Shown here: piece after piece, positions 30,450 through 39,422 of the stretch | Position numbering within the stretch: position 1 is the stretch's first letter | Layout of the letters: each line of letters opens with the position of its first letter | DNA from: Candidatus Latescibacterota bacterium | GTDB lineage: Bacteria > Latescibacterota > UBA2968 > GCA-2709665 | Assembly (NCBI GenBank): GCA_965219455.1 | Contig: OZ244744.1 | Location: 1,344,001 to 1,408,000 of the forward strand | DNA: 64,000 nucleotides | Reading direction: 5' to 3' | Notes under the pieces: generated by a model | What the model was told of the DNA's origin: nothing | The model's database searches: none | What the model saw: the letters and a program-made list of their open reading frames with translations, nothing else | Program-made: the position numbers and the translations under genes

Positions 30450-30683
30450 ATGGACGTATATTCCTACTCGGAAGCCAGACAGAATTTCTCGCGCGTGCTT
30501 GACAAAGCCGAGTCAACGGGAAAGGTCCTTATACGCAGAAAAGACGGCAGGACTTATGCCCTGGTGCCGGAACGCCCCACCGCCTCGCCTCTGGATGTGC
30601 CCTCTATCGAGGCGGACATCTCTACGCGTGAAGTCGTCACACTCATAAGACACCAGAGACGCAGAATGAGAGGGCGGCGTTAA
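30450..30683 (+). CDS. Phd/YefM-family antitoxin (orphan)
   Basis: GGAGG RBS; MDVYSYSEARQNFSRVLDKA...VLIRRKDG. Confidence 0.82.
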   Translation: MDVYSYSEARQNFSRVLDKAESTGKVLIRRKDGRTYALVPERPTASPLDVPSIEADISTREVVTLIRHQRRRMRGRR

Positions 30684-30981
30684 TGGACCGAATGACATAC
30701 GGTTCGGCCCGATCGTGAATGGCTTCGGCTGTGCTTGCCACTACACGTTTCCTCGGGACTGATTTCCGGCGGTAGTTGGGCGGCTGCAACCGCGAACAAC
30801 CCCAGCAAAGCTTGAACGCATCCTATTAATCCGCGCATGGTCTCTCTACGTTCCCCGAACTTCGCGATTGATGCGGGAATATGCTCGTGCCGCACATTGT
30901 ACTTCGAGCATTCTCAGGATACCATTGACTTTCAGGTGTGATCCCGTATTTTTTTTACGCGGAGCCACACCCTCTCTCCCA

Positions 30982-31254
30982 GGGCATCGGGTGCTTGTGC
31001 AATACAAAGTGATCCGGCTGAGTGAACTGGAAGGTCAACGGATTCTCGATGCGGGCCACGCCGGACTGATCGCCTTTACGCCGTTGATGAAGCCGCCGGA
31101 AGGGATGGCTTCCCAGGCATGGTTGCGCCGCTGTATGCACGCGGCTCATGCGCGGCCAATGGCTCAGGCGGAGGTGGCCGACTACCTGGCAGGCATGTCG
31201 TTGCTCAGCGGGCTGGTGTACGCGCCGGAAACCATTTCTGACGTCATTTCGGCG
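30982..31254 (+). pseudogene. Internal fragment of an Rpn/YhgA-like putative transposase
   Basis: VQYKVIRLSELEGQRIL...GLIAFTPLMKPP...WLRRC...LSGLVY; lacks the N-terminal nuclease region and C-terminus. Confidence 0.5.
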
Positions 31255-31456
31255 GAACTGAAACTCCAGAATACGAATCGAACAGAAATACGCTGTAGCG
31301 CACGCACACTCTCGTTCCTTCCTGATACGTCGTTGCCTGGCCATGGGAGGAGGTGCGATCAACGACGGTGCTGTACGTTCCAATTCTCCATCAAGCCTAC
31401 ATTATTGAGGGCGAGAATCATGAAAAGTTACGGCGCTCGATTCCGGATGACTGTAT

Positions 31457-31485
31457 TTGACATCACAACACAGGTTCCATATATT
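31457..31485 (+). promoter_or_regulatory. Consensus sigma70 promoter of sRNA candidate 1
   Basis: TTGACA (31457-31462), 17-nt spacer, TATATT (31480-31485). Confidence 0.7.
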
Positions 31486-31491
31486 CCCGTA

Positions 31492-31611
31492 TAGTGAGGG
31501 CCGCATTCCGTCTCACGGCGCAAAAGCGCTACGGGACAAGAAGGGATGTGCGCCTTCCTGGATAACCGTCGGTTTTCGACTCTGGCAGGTCAGGGAACCG
31601 GCGGTTTTTTT
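31492..31611 (+). ncRNA. Candidate structured small RNA, copy 1 (family unknown)
   Basis: Own promoter; hairpins GTGAGG/TCTCAC and GGCGCA/TGCGCC; terminator AACCGTCGGTT..AACCGGCGGTT + T run; about 87% identical to 32706-32822 by hand alignment. Confidence 0.62.
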
Positions 31612-31802
31612 ATCCGGCCGGGCTGAGCCTTTAGCGACCAATAACCAGGCGCACTCGTCCGGCGTTTGAAATTCGCAACGGCGGAGGGGAAGATAATTCT
31701 GCTCGCGGTACGGTTCGGGCACTCGAAGATGCGGCCTGGAAGAACAAAGCGATCGATTGGAACGGGTCCTTCGGCCGCTGGCCGTACAGCAATCTGTGCC
31801 TG

Positions 31803-31848
31803 AAAACAGAAAACAGGACAATGCACTCACCTGGTGTGTTGTCCTGTT
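31803..31848 (-). terminator. Intrinsic terminator after the receiver-AraC gene
   Basis: AACAGGACAA/TTGTCCTGTT stem followed by a T-rich tract on the minus strand. Confidence 0.55.
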
Positions 31849-31908
31849 CCAATACAAAAACGACCTGATATGCCGTACCTTGACTACTGAATCCGGATCC
31901 GGCAGGTA

Positions 31909-32631
31909 TCAACTCATTTTCTCTCCACGTATACCTATCCGATCCTTCCGAAATTGTCCGGGCGTTAATCCCTCCTGTCTGCGGAAGGCTTCGGAGAATC
32001 GACTCTGGTTCTTGAAGCCGCATTGCGCCGCAATGACGTGCATGCGATCGCCAGTGAATCTGAGCATGTACTTCGCCCTTTCGATCCGGTGATACCGGAG
32101 ACGATTTCGAAAGGAGGTACCCAGACGATCACCAAATTGCAGGGAAACGTAGGCAGGCGAGAAATTGAAATGCCTGCACAGATCCGTTCGACGCAGGGAG
32201 GAGTCGGAGAAATGGTCTTTCAGATACGCGTCCATCCGGTTCACGATCTCGCGCCGAAACGGAATGCGCCGCTCGAGCAGTTCGTGGATCGCGTACATCA
32301 GATCGTCCTTCGTCACCGGTTTGACCAGGAAATCTCGAGCACCGGCCTTCATCGCTCGGACGGCTTTCGTGAGGCAGTCGGTCTCCGACAAAAAGACGAC
32401 GTCGGTGTTTATGGACTCCTGCTGAACGGCTCGCAGAATTTCCAGACCGTTGAGATCCTGCAGAGCGGTGTTCAGGATGGCGATATCGAAGGGTCCGTTA
32501 CGGAGGGACCTTAGCGCGTCTTGACCGTTCAGCGTTGTCCGGACGTACCACGTTTCCGACTCCTGCCGGATGATGTTCTGGAGGCGCACACGAACCCGGC
32601 GGTCGTTGTCCGCGACGAGGAATGCGATCAT
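31909..32631 (-). CDS. Response regulator with atypical receiver and AraC-type HTH
   Basis: FLVADND...DIAILN...AMKAGARDFLVKP receiver; IAAQCGFKNQSRFSEAFRRQEGLTPGQFR AraC signature; start 32631 or 32679. Confidence 0.85.
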   Translation of the reverse strand: MIAFLVADNDRRVRVRLQNIIRQESETWYVRTTLNGQDALRSLRNGPFDIAILNTALQDLNGLEILRAVQQESINTDVVFLSETDCLTKAVRAMKAGARDFLVKPVTKDDLMYAIHELLERRIPFRREIVNRMDAYLKDHFSDSSLRRTDLCRHFNFSPAYVSLQFGDRLGTSFRNRLRYHRIERAKYMLRFTGDRMHVIAAQCGFKNQSRFSEAFRRQEGLTPGQFRKDRIGIRGEKMS

Positions 32632-32672
32632 CCGGTCCGGGTCACGAGACGTTCGATCCTGTATCGCTGCAA

Positions 32673-32701
32673 TTGACATTGAAACAGGCGTTCCATATAT
32701 T
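32673..32701 (+). promoter_or_regulatory. Consensus sigma70 promoter of sRNA candidate 2
   Basis: TTGACA (32673-32678), 17-nt spacer, TATATT (32696-32701). Confidence 0.7.
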
Positions 32702-32705
32702 TATC

Positions 32706-32822
32706 GTGAGGGCCGCATCCTGTCTCACGGCACAAAAGCGCCGAGGGACAAACGGGGTGTGCGCCTTTCTGGATGACCGTCGGTTTTCGACTCTGGCCGG
32801 TCAGGGGACCGACGGTCTTTTC
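32706..32822 (+). ncRNA. Candidate structured small RNA, copy 2 (family unknown)
   Basis: Paralog of 31492-31611; terminator GACCGTCGGT..ACCGACGGTC + TTTT with a compensatory change. Confidence 0.62.
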
Positions 32823-33246
32823 TATCTAATCGTGCTCGTCCGTGAATTACAAAGCCCATTAACGCGGCTTACGTTGCTCGTACTCCATAATGGAATTTAT
32901 CCGACATACAACCGATCCACAGTTGCACCCGCGATAGGTCGTTTGGCGTCGGTTTTAGTCGCCAGCAATTACCCGCCAGTGCCACGGTTCGCTGCCGGTC
33001 GATTACACTGGAGAAATGCTCTTCCAAGTGACTGAAGTTACGGGCCTCTTCAAGTAGGCCCTGGATTCCTGAAGCATCCTGGCCTATATTTACCATAAGA
33101 AGATAATAAATTATTTATGACAAACACGTGACAATAAGCCCATATTTTATGATATTATTGTGATATTGCCCAATGCGGCATGATTGATCGGTTCCGGTCG
33201 GCCCGATGTCTCCTGGCCGTCCGTCTTAGCCGATGGAGGAGAGAAC

Positions 33247-35664
33247 GTGGCGCAAAAAGACGAGCGCGATCGGCAGATATCGGTCCTCCGCGACCGCCTG
33301 CTCAGGCTGAGCGAGGCCAGCCTTCGCATCAACGAAAGCCTGGACTTCGAAACGGTTCTGCAAGGGGTACTGGACAGCGCCAGAGCGTTGACTGACTCAC
33401 GGTACGGCGTCATTACGGTCTTCGAGGCAACAGGAGAAATACAGCACTTCCTTGCCTCGGGGATAACTCTCCATCAGGCGCAGCAATTGTGGCAAATCCC
33501 TGGAGCGATGCAGTTCTTCGGGTTGCTCCGGGAGATTCGAGAGCCGTTGAGGTTGCGCGACTTTCACAGCCACACCCGGTCATTGGGTCTTCCCGAATTC
33601 CGCCCTCCTATGCCCGTCAGCGAAGCGTTGTCCTTTCTGGCATCGCCAGTCCGGCACAGAGGCAAATCTGTGGGCAACATCTACCTTGGCGAGAAGAGTC
33701 GAGGGCGCGAGTACACCGAGGATGACGAATCCACCCTCACGATGTTTGCAGCCCAGGCGGCGCTGGTCATCGGCAACGCGCGGAGCTATCGGGAAGAGCA
33801 ACGCGTCAGGACAAACCTCGAAACACTCATCAACACGTCACCGGTGGGCGTGGTGGTCTTCGACACGATTACTGGAAAGCTGGCGTCATTCAATCGTGAG
33901 GCCGCGAGGATCCTGGAGGGCGTGCGAATCCACGGTCGACACCCTGAAAGACTGCTGGAAGTCATGACGATCCGTCGAGCCGACGGGCGGGAGTTCTCCC
34001 TGCAGGAACTTTCCGTAGACCAGGCTATGAAGCCAGGCGAGACGGTGCGCGCCGAGCAGGTTGAGTTTCGAGTCCCCGATGGAAGGAAAGTAACCGCGCT
34101 GATGAACGCCACGCCCATCCGAACGGATGATGATTGTGTGGAGTCCTTTGTCGTGACCCTACAGGACTTGGCGCCACTGGAGGAACTGGAACGGCTTCGT
34201 GCCGAGTTCCTGGCTATGGTCAGCCACGAACTCCGTGTCCCGCTGACGTCGATCAAGGGCTCGACCACCACCTTGCTCGACGACTCGACTGTCCTCGACC
34301 CCGCCGAAGCGCGACAGTTTTACCGGATCATCGACCACCAAGCCGACCTCATGCGGGACCTGATCAGCGACCTGCTGGACGTCGCGCAGATCGAGACCGG
34401 CTCGCTCTCGGTCGCTCCCAGGCCGACTGACCTGACCGACATCGTCGACCAGGCCAGAAACACGTTCCTGAGCGGCGGGGGCAGGAATAGATTTGAAATC
34501 GACTTCCCGTCGGATCTTCCGTGGGTCATGGCGGACCGGCGCCGCATCGTGCAGGTGTTGAACAATCTCATTGCCAACGCCGCACGATACTCAGAAGCGT
34601 CCTCTGCCATACGGCTAACAGCAGTCCGGGAAGACATTCACGTGGCGATTTCCGTTGCCGATGAAGGCGCGGGGGTTGCCGCGGATCTCCTGCCACACCT
34701 CTTCGGGAAGTTTTCGGGGATCGACACCGTTAACGGCAAGCGCAGGGCTTCTGATACCGGTCTGGGCCTCGCCATCTGCAAGGGAATCGTGGAAGCGCAC
34801 GGAGGACGGGTGTGGGCCGAAAGCGACGGACCCGGCCTGGGCACTACATTAACCTTCACCGTCCCCGTGGCTGAGGAGACCCCTGGCGGCTCGGTCCCGG
34901 AAACCGTCAGTAAGACCGAGCATTCTCGTGATCCTCACCGACCAGGCGACAAGATCCTCGTTGTCGATGACGACCCACAAACGCTGAAGTACGTTCGTGA
35001 CACCCTTACGAGTGCAGGCTACACGCCCATCGTGACCGCGGATCCCGAACAGGTCGCACGTTACATCGCGTCGGACAGACCCCAGTTGGTCCTTCTGGAT
35101 CTGTTGTTGCCCGGCGCTGACGGAATTGAACTGATGGAAGGGATCCTCGAGGTTACCGAAGTGCCGGTGATCTTCCTGTCCGCATACGGTCGCGACGAAA
35201 CTATCGCTCGGGCATTTGAATCGGGCGCAACGGATTATGTGGTCAAACCCTTTTCCCCGACGGAACTCGTCGCTAGAATTAAATCCGCACTAAGAAGGAG
35301 GGAGACCGGCCAGGATCGGGCTGAGCCCGAACGGCCCTACGTGCTTGGGGACCTGACGGTCAACTACGAGGAGCAGCGCGTGACTGTGGCGGGATGCCGC
35401 GTGCAATTGACCGCCGGCGAGTATCACTTACTGTACGAACTCTCGATAAGACCAGGTCGGGTACTGACGTACGAACGACTCTTACGGCGAATCTGGGGCC
35501 TACGGAACGTCAACGATTTTCGTCGAATCCGCACACTCGTCAAGAGGCTGCGACGCAAGCTGGGCGACGACGCCAACGACCCACGTTACATTGTCACGGA
35601 GCACGGTGTCGGATATCGTATGGGCAAGCCTGAAGAGATCCGGGAAGCGTCGTCTCAACCGTAA
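33247..35664 (+). CDS. Hybrid sensor kinase/response regulator: GAF-PAS-HisKA-HATPase-REC-OmpR wHTH
   Basis: GGAGG + GTG; VSHELRVPL, NLIANA, DEGAG, GLGLAI; ILVVDDD, LLDL, VVKPF; LTAGEY...LRRKLGDD..PRYIVTEHGVGYR. Confidence 0.92.
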   Translation: MAQKDERDRQISVLRDRLLRLSEASLRINESLDFETVLQGVLDSARALTDSRYGVITVFEATGEIQHFLASGITLHQAQQLWQIPGAMQFFGLLREIREPLRLRDFHSHTRSLGLPEFRPPMPVSEALSFLASPVRHRGKSVGNIYLGEKSRGREYTEDDESTLTMFAAQAALVIGNARSYREEQRVRTNLETLINTSPVGVVVFDTITGKLASFNREAARILEGVRIHGRHPERLLEVMTIRRADGREFSLQELSVDQAMKPGETVRAEQVEFRVPDGRKVTALMNATPIRTDDDCVESFVVTLQDLAPLEELERLRAEFLAMVSHELRVPLTSIKGSTTTLLDDSTVLDPAEARQFYRIIDHQADLMRDLISDLLDVAQIETGSLSVAPRPTDLTDIVDQARNTFLSGGGRNRFEIDFPSDLPWVMADRRRIVQVLNNLIANAARYSEASSAIRLTAVREDIHVAISVADEGAGVAADLLPHLFGKFSGIDTVNGKRRASDTGLGLAICKGIVEAHGGRVWAESDGPGLGTTLTFTVPVAEETPGGSVPETVSKTEHSRDPHRPGDKILVVDDDPQTLKYVRDTLTSAGYTPIVTADPEQVARYIASDRPQLVLLDLLLPGADGIELMEGILEVTEVPVIFLSAYGRDETIARAFESGATDYVVKPFSPTELVARIKSALRRRETGQDRAEPERPYVLGDLTVNYEEQRVTVAGCRVQLTAGEYHLLYELSIRPGRVLTYERLLRRIWGLRNVNDFRRIRTLVKRLRRKLGDDANDPRYIVTEHGVGYRMGKPEEIREASSQP

Positions 35665-35716
35665 ACAGCGATTGCGCTCGACTTCGCGCCCGGACCCCGC
35701 ATTGGCGCCAACACAC

Positions 35717-35863
35717 AGGGCACCCACAAGGGGTGCCCCTACGCCTGGTTTATCAAAGACCGCGGTTCCGTTGGGGATTGCCGCGAACTCGTCCAATTCC
35801 ACGGTCGAGAACCGGTCAGGAATTTCGCTACCGTGTTAATGGCGGTTCGCGAACCGCCCCTAC
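35717..35863. repeat. Two GTAG-type REP palindromes
   Basis: AGGGCACCCACAAGGGGTGCCCCTAC and GGCGGTTCGCGAACCGCCCCTAC; related copy at 59583-59607. Confidence 0.65.
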
Positions 35864-35899
35864 AACGGGTTTGTGAATGACCAGGACCAGAAATGGAAT

Positions 35900-35932
35900 A
35901 AAAATACCCCGGCAATGCCGGGGTATTTTTTT
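35900..35932. terminator. Bidirectional intrinsic terminator
   Basis: AAAAATACCCCGGCA-A-TGCCGGGGTATTTTTTT between convergent genes. Confidence 0.8.
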
Positions 35933-35975
35933 CTCGAGTATTGAACAGACGAGGCGAAAGCCAATCAGACTCCCA

Positions 35976-36929
35976 TCAGAACGATCCGCTCAGGCTGAAG
36001 CGAAGCGGTGGATCGAAATCGTTTCCCTCGCTGTACGCGAAATCGACTCGGACGACCTTGCCCTCGATGGGCTTGACCTTCAACCCCAGTCCCAGACTGT
36101 AAACCTCCGTATCGTATCCGGGTTTGACTCCGGCGCGCAATGCGAACGCGTTCTGGAGCCAGAGTTCGCCGCCGATACGATACCGCGGCTCGGAGTAGTC
36201 CGTCGCGTAGTGACTCTCTCCGGTAAACGTGAGATAGGTGGCGTCGCTGCCTTTTTCGCCGAAGACTTCCACCGCGAACCCAAAGTCGAATGCGACCGGC
36301 ATCTGATAGTTGATTTCACGGGACTTAATGTCTTTGCCGAGGTTCTTGAACGCCATCCCGAGCCGAAGGCTTCTGAAACCGGTGTTGAACGTCGTGCCGA
36401 AATTGACGTCCACACCGGTCAACCTGTCCACGTCGATGGTTTCCTGGGTCCACCTCACCTGAAATCCGAACGAGAGCTTATCGGTCAACTTCGTCGCGTA
36501 GGAAGCCCCGATGCTGAAATCTCCGATCTCCAGCATTCTGCCGGTCCCGATCGGCTGATAAATGGTCGTCTCCTCCACGTCCGGAACCGAAAACGCCATC
36601 ACGGACAAACCGACCACACCGCGGGCCGTATTGTAGGCGAGCGCACCCGAATAGAATCGGGTATCGACGAGCCAGCGGGTGTACGAAAGGGTATATTCCA
36701 TCTCTTCGACGTTGGTGAGTCCGGCCGGGTTCACAAAGATGGTGCTGATGTCGTCCGCGATAGCCGTAAACGCCCCGCCCATGCCCGCAACACGCGCCCC
36801 ATGATCCACCTTGTGTACGGAGAATACGGCCTGGCCGAGCCGCTTCTGCGTGTCGCCGTAAGCAACCTCGGGAAACAGCATCGCGTATGCCGTGCACGCC
36901 ACGATTCCAATCGACAAGATCCGTTTCAT
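35976..36929 (-). CDS. PorV/PorQ-family outer-membrane beta-barrel protein
   Basis: Signal peptide, GARVAGMGGAFTAIADD...FVNPAGL, C-terminal Phe. Confidence 0.85.
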   Translation of the reverse strand: MKRILSIGIVACTAYAMLFPEVAYGDTQKRLGQAVFSVHKVDHGARVAGMGGAFTAIADDISTIFVNPAGLTNVEEMEYTLSYTRWLVDTRFYSGALAYNTARGVVGLSVMAFSVPDVEETTIYQPIGTGRMLEIGDFSIGASYATKLTDKLSFGFQVRWTQETIDVDRLTGVDVNFGTTFNTGFRSLRLGMAFKNLGKDIKSREINYQMPVAFDFGFAVEVFGEKGSDATYLTFTGESHYATDYSEPRYRIGGELWLQNAFALRAGVKPGYDTEVYSLGLGLKVKPIEGKVVRVDFAYSEGNDFDPPLRFSLSGSF

Positions 36930-37010
36930 AGGTTTGTTCCTTCTCCGATTCGGTTGAGCGGTTCGACGAAAAGGCGTATCGGGAATCCTTGACCCGGTAA
37001 TTCGGCCGTC

Positions 37011-39317
37011 TCACTTGCTGATAACGAATATTCCCCGTTGAATTTTTCCCGTTGTTCCATCCACCAGCGATTCGACCACGTAAAAGTACACGCCGGCGGA
37101 AGCCGAACCGACGTTGTCGATGGTTGTCTGGCTCCAGGTGGTCTCGCCCCGCCCCTGGTCGTCGTGATTCACCTCTGCGATCAGATCTCCGGCGACCGTG
37201 TATATCCTGATCTGGCACTTCCGCGGGATGTTCAAAAACCGAATCTGGCCTTTGTTCTCGTAGGCGTGGGCGCCGTCATCCCGGTAGGGATTGGGGGTCA
37301 CGATCACCTTACGATCCAGTTGGTCGGACTGCGCCGTGGACGGGACATAGGGGGTCGAAACCTTGACGCCGTTCACCCACTGCTCGGGTGAACTGTTCCC
37401 GCTTTCCAGAGAGGGTATGGCGATTCCGGTGCCGTTCCAGTCGCTGTGCGCCTCGCTGTACGTGCGGACACTGTAGTCGTACAGGAATCCCGCAACCGAT
37501 TTCGTATCGACAAAGTCGTACTTGCCGCCGCTGTAAAACGGATCCGCCTTTAACGGGATTTCCTGTATCAACTCCCAGGCGTCGCGCTTGAAGAGCGAGC
37601 GGTATACCCGGTAGCCCCTTACGTCCCTGGCCTCCTCACCCAAGTAGTCGGGGTTGACCGCGTCGTCGGCCGTGGCATCCCAGACGAGAGTAATGAAGCC
37701 TTCCGTTGTCACGCTCACGTCCACGTTCACGTCGGGGGGCGCGTCGGGAAGGTCGTAGTTCCACTGAAAGGCTTCCTTGGCTTTATCGACGTGCTTGACC
37801 AGGTTGTTGAAAGCCTTGTCCGTACGCATCTCATCCTGATTGCCCAGCTTGGCCCAGCCCCAGATATTCTCTTCAACGGGCGCGGCCGCAGCCAGAACGA
37901 AGACGAATTTGGCCTTGTCGCCGGGCGCGAGGTCGTATGGACCGTAAGCGATCGACCCATGCCAGGCCCCGACCACCGGTGGATTATCTTTGATATCGGA
38001 TTCGGCGCCCGCCAGCATTTCATAGATTTCCTGGTAGGAATGATTGCCATGATCCGGCTCGTCGAAGTCGCCCCGGTTCCGGTATTCCCACCATCTCACC
38101 GTATGGGGCTGATCGTCCATTCTGGGGGCGACGTAGCTGTTGTCGCCATTCGTGTCGTAGGAAAAGGTGCCCGGATCGTTCGAGGTTGACGGCAGGTACG
38201 CGATGGGCGCGAATCCGGTGTACTGAAATGCCGTCAACTCCCCCGGTACCCGCACCTGCGATGGCCGCCCGCGATAGCCGGGGTTTGCCGTGGAAGGGTT
38301 GTATGGCTTGCCCAGGTCGTCGCCCGGCATGAGCGGGTTGTCCCCGTCGAAGGCGTACCACATTTTCATGCCCATTCCCAGGGCCGGGCCGTCGTAGTTG
38401 GCCGCCTCGGTGAACTTGAACCAGTCGTCGTTGTCGGTCGGTTTGGTGTTTCGGTACCACGCATCGTAGTTCATCCACCCGTGCCCTGCCTGGGAGATGA
38501 AAAAGCGCACCGAAAAGGCGAAAAAGGTGTCGTTCAGCTGCAGTCCGGCGCCGCCGTTCACGTCGGCCGCGCCGTCCCCGTCGGAATCCCCGGTGTTCTC
38601 GAACTCGTATTCCATAATTTGAAAGTCGTCGTAGTCGGGATAACTCCAGGTATAGACCTTTTTGGTTACCGTGATCCCCCGCTTCGTGGTATAGCGCATA
38701 ATGAGAACGCTCTCGGGGAACCTATCCTTATCGGCATCCATATACTGGCCGTACCGGTAGTTGTGAATCTCGGTGACGTACCTGCTTTCTACCGGGGGCT
38801 GCCCCGGCCACCAGTTGGCCATCGCGGGCCCTACGGGAGAATAGTTCGGGTACCCGATAGTCGCCTCCGGCCCCATGGACGCATCGTAGGACATCATCCT
38901 GATGTCGTCCGTAATGGCGCGAGGCTTCGACACCGACACGTAGTATTCGCCCTCGGGATCGTCCGGCGCGCGCGTTGCTATGTACGTGCTGAAACCGGGC
39001 ATCGTGGCCGTCGATTCGAAAAGGGCGGCATAGGCCGGATGAAGCGAACCCCAGCTCCGCTCTCCCCAGTAGTCCTGAAATTCCGTGGAGTACTGTCGGG
39101 TCCATACGCCGGGATATTGCATGCCCATCTGGCGGTAATAGCTCAACCAGGCGTCCGGATCTTCGGAAACGCCCTGAGTCCCATAGTTCCAGAACATGTC
39201 CCACACCTTCGCGCGCGTCTGGAACCTGTGGTTCTCCTGTGCCGCCGCGGGGTCCGGCACGCACAGAAGCAACGCAAGAAGCACTGTCATCGCCTCGATC
39301 TTCGGAATCTTGCTCAT
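37011..39317 (-). CDS. Large secreted protein with T9SS-type C-terminal sorting domain
   Basis: Signal peptide; FN3-like GYRVYRS; C-terminal VTPNPY...IRFLNIP...IRIYTVAGDLI...AGVYFYVV. Confidence 0.78.
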   Translation of the reverse strand: MSKIPKIEAMTVLLALLLCVPDPAAAQENHRFQTRAKVWDMFWNYGTQGVSEDPDAWLSYYRQMGMQYPGVWTRQYSTEFQDYWGERSWGSLHPAYAALFESTATMPGFSTYIATRAPDDPEGEYYVSVSKPRAITDDIRMMSYDASMGPEATIGYPNYSPVGPAMANWWPGQPPVESRYVTEIHNYRYGQYMDADKDRFPESVLIMRYTTKRGITVTKKVYTWSYPDYDDFQIMEYEFENTGDSDGDGAADVNGGAGLQLNDTFFAFSVRFFISQAGHGWMNYDAWYRNTKPTDNDDWFKFTEAANYDGPALGMGMKMWYAFDGDNPLMPGDDLGKPYNPSTANPGYRGRPSQVRVPGELTAFQYTGFAPIAYLPSTSNDPGTFSYDTNGDNSYVAPRMDDQPHTVRWWEYRNRGDFDEPDHGNHSYQEIYEMLAGAESDIKDNPPVVGAWHGSIAYGPYDLAPGDKAKFVFVLAAAAPVEENIWGWAKLGNQDEMRTDKAFNNLVKHVDKAKEAFQWNYDLPDAPPDVNVDVSVTTEGFITLVWDATADDAVNPDYLGEEARDVRGYRVYRSLFKRDAWELIQEIPLKADPFYSGGKYDFVDTKSVAGFLYDYSVRTYSEAHSDWNGTGIAIPSLESGNSSPEQWVNGVKVSTPYVPSTAQSDQLDRKVIVTPNPYRDDGAHAYENKGQIRFLNIPRKCQIRIYTVAGDLIAEVNHDDQGRGETTWSQTTIDNVGSASAGVYFYVVESLVDGTTGKIQRGIFVISK

Positions 39318-39422
39318 CTCCCAGGTCTCCTTCGTGTCAGCATGAGTTGTTCCCGCATCCGGTTTGCCCGGGCTGTTTGAATATGGAACTCTTCAAGGGC
39401 ATTGTCTTTACGGCCGTTGTCG

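Noticed and set aside
31260-31421. Possible decayed receiver-domain paralog upstream of sRNA copy 1
   Set aside because: The ATG position parallels the AraC gene start, but the frame stops after 20 codons and similarity is too weak
31492-31611. Duplicated element as a c-di-GMP-I riboswitch (GGCGCAAAAGC resembles GACGCAAAGC)
   Set aside because: No GNRA tetraloop/receptor or P1 pairing, and copy 1 has no same-strand downstream gene
32869-33096. 75-aa minus-strand ORF between sRNA copy 2 and the hybrid kinase
   Set aside because: No family resemblance and a weak RBS; cannot be supported without a search
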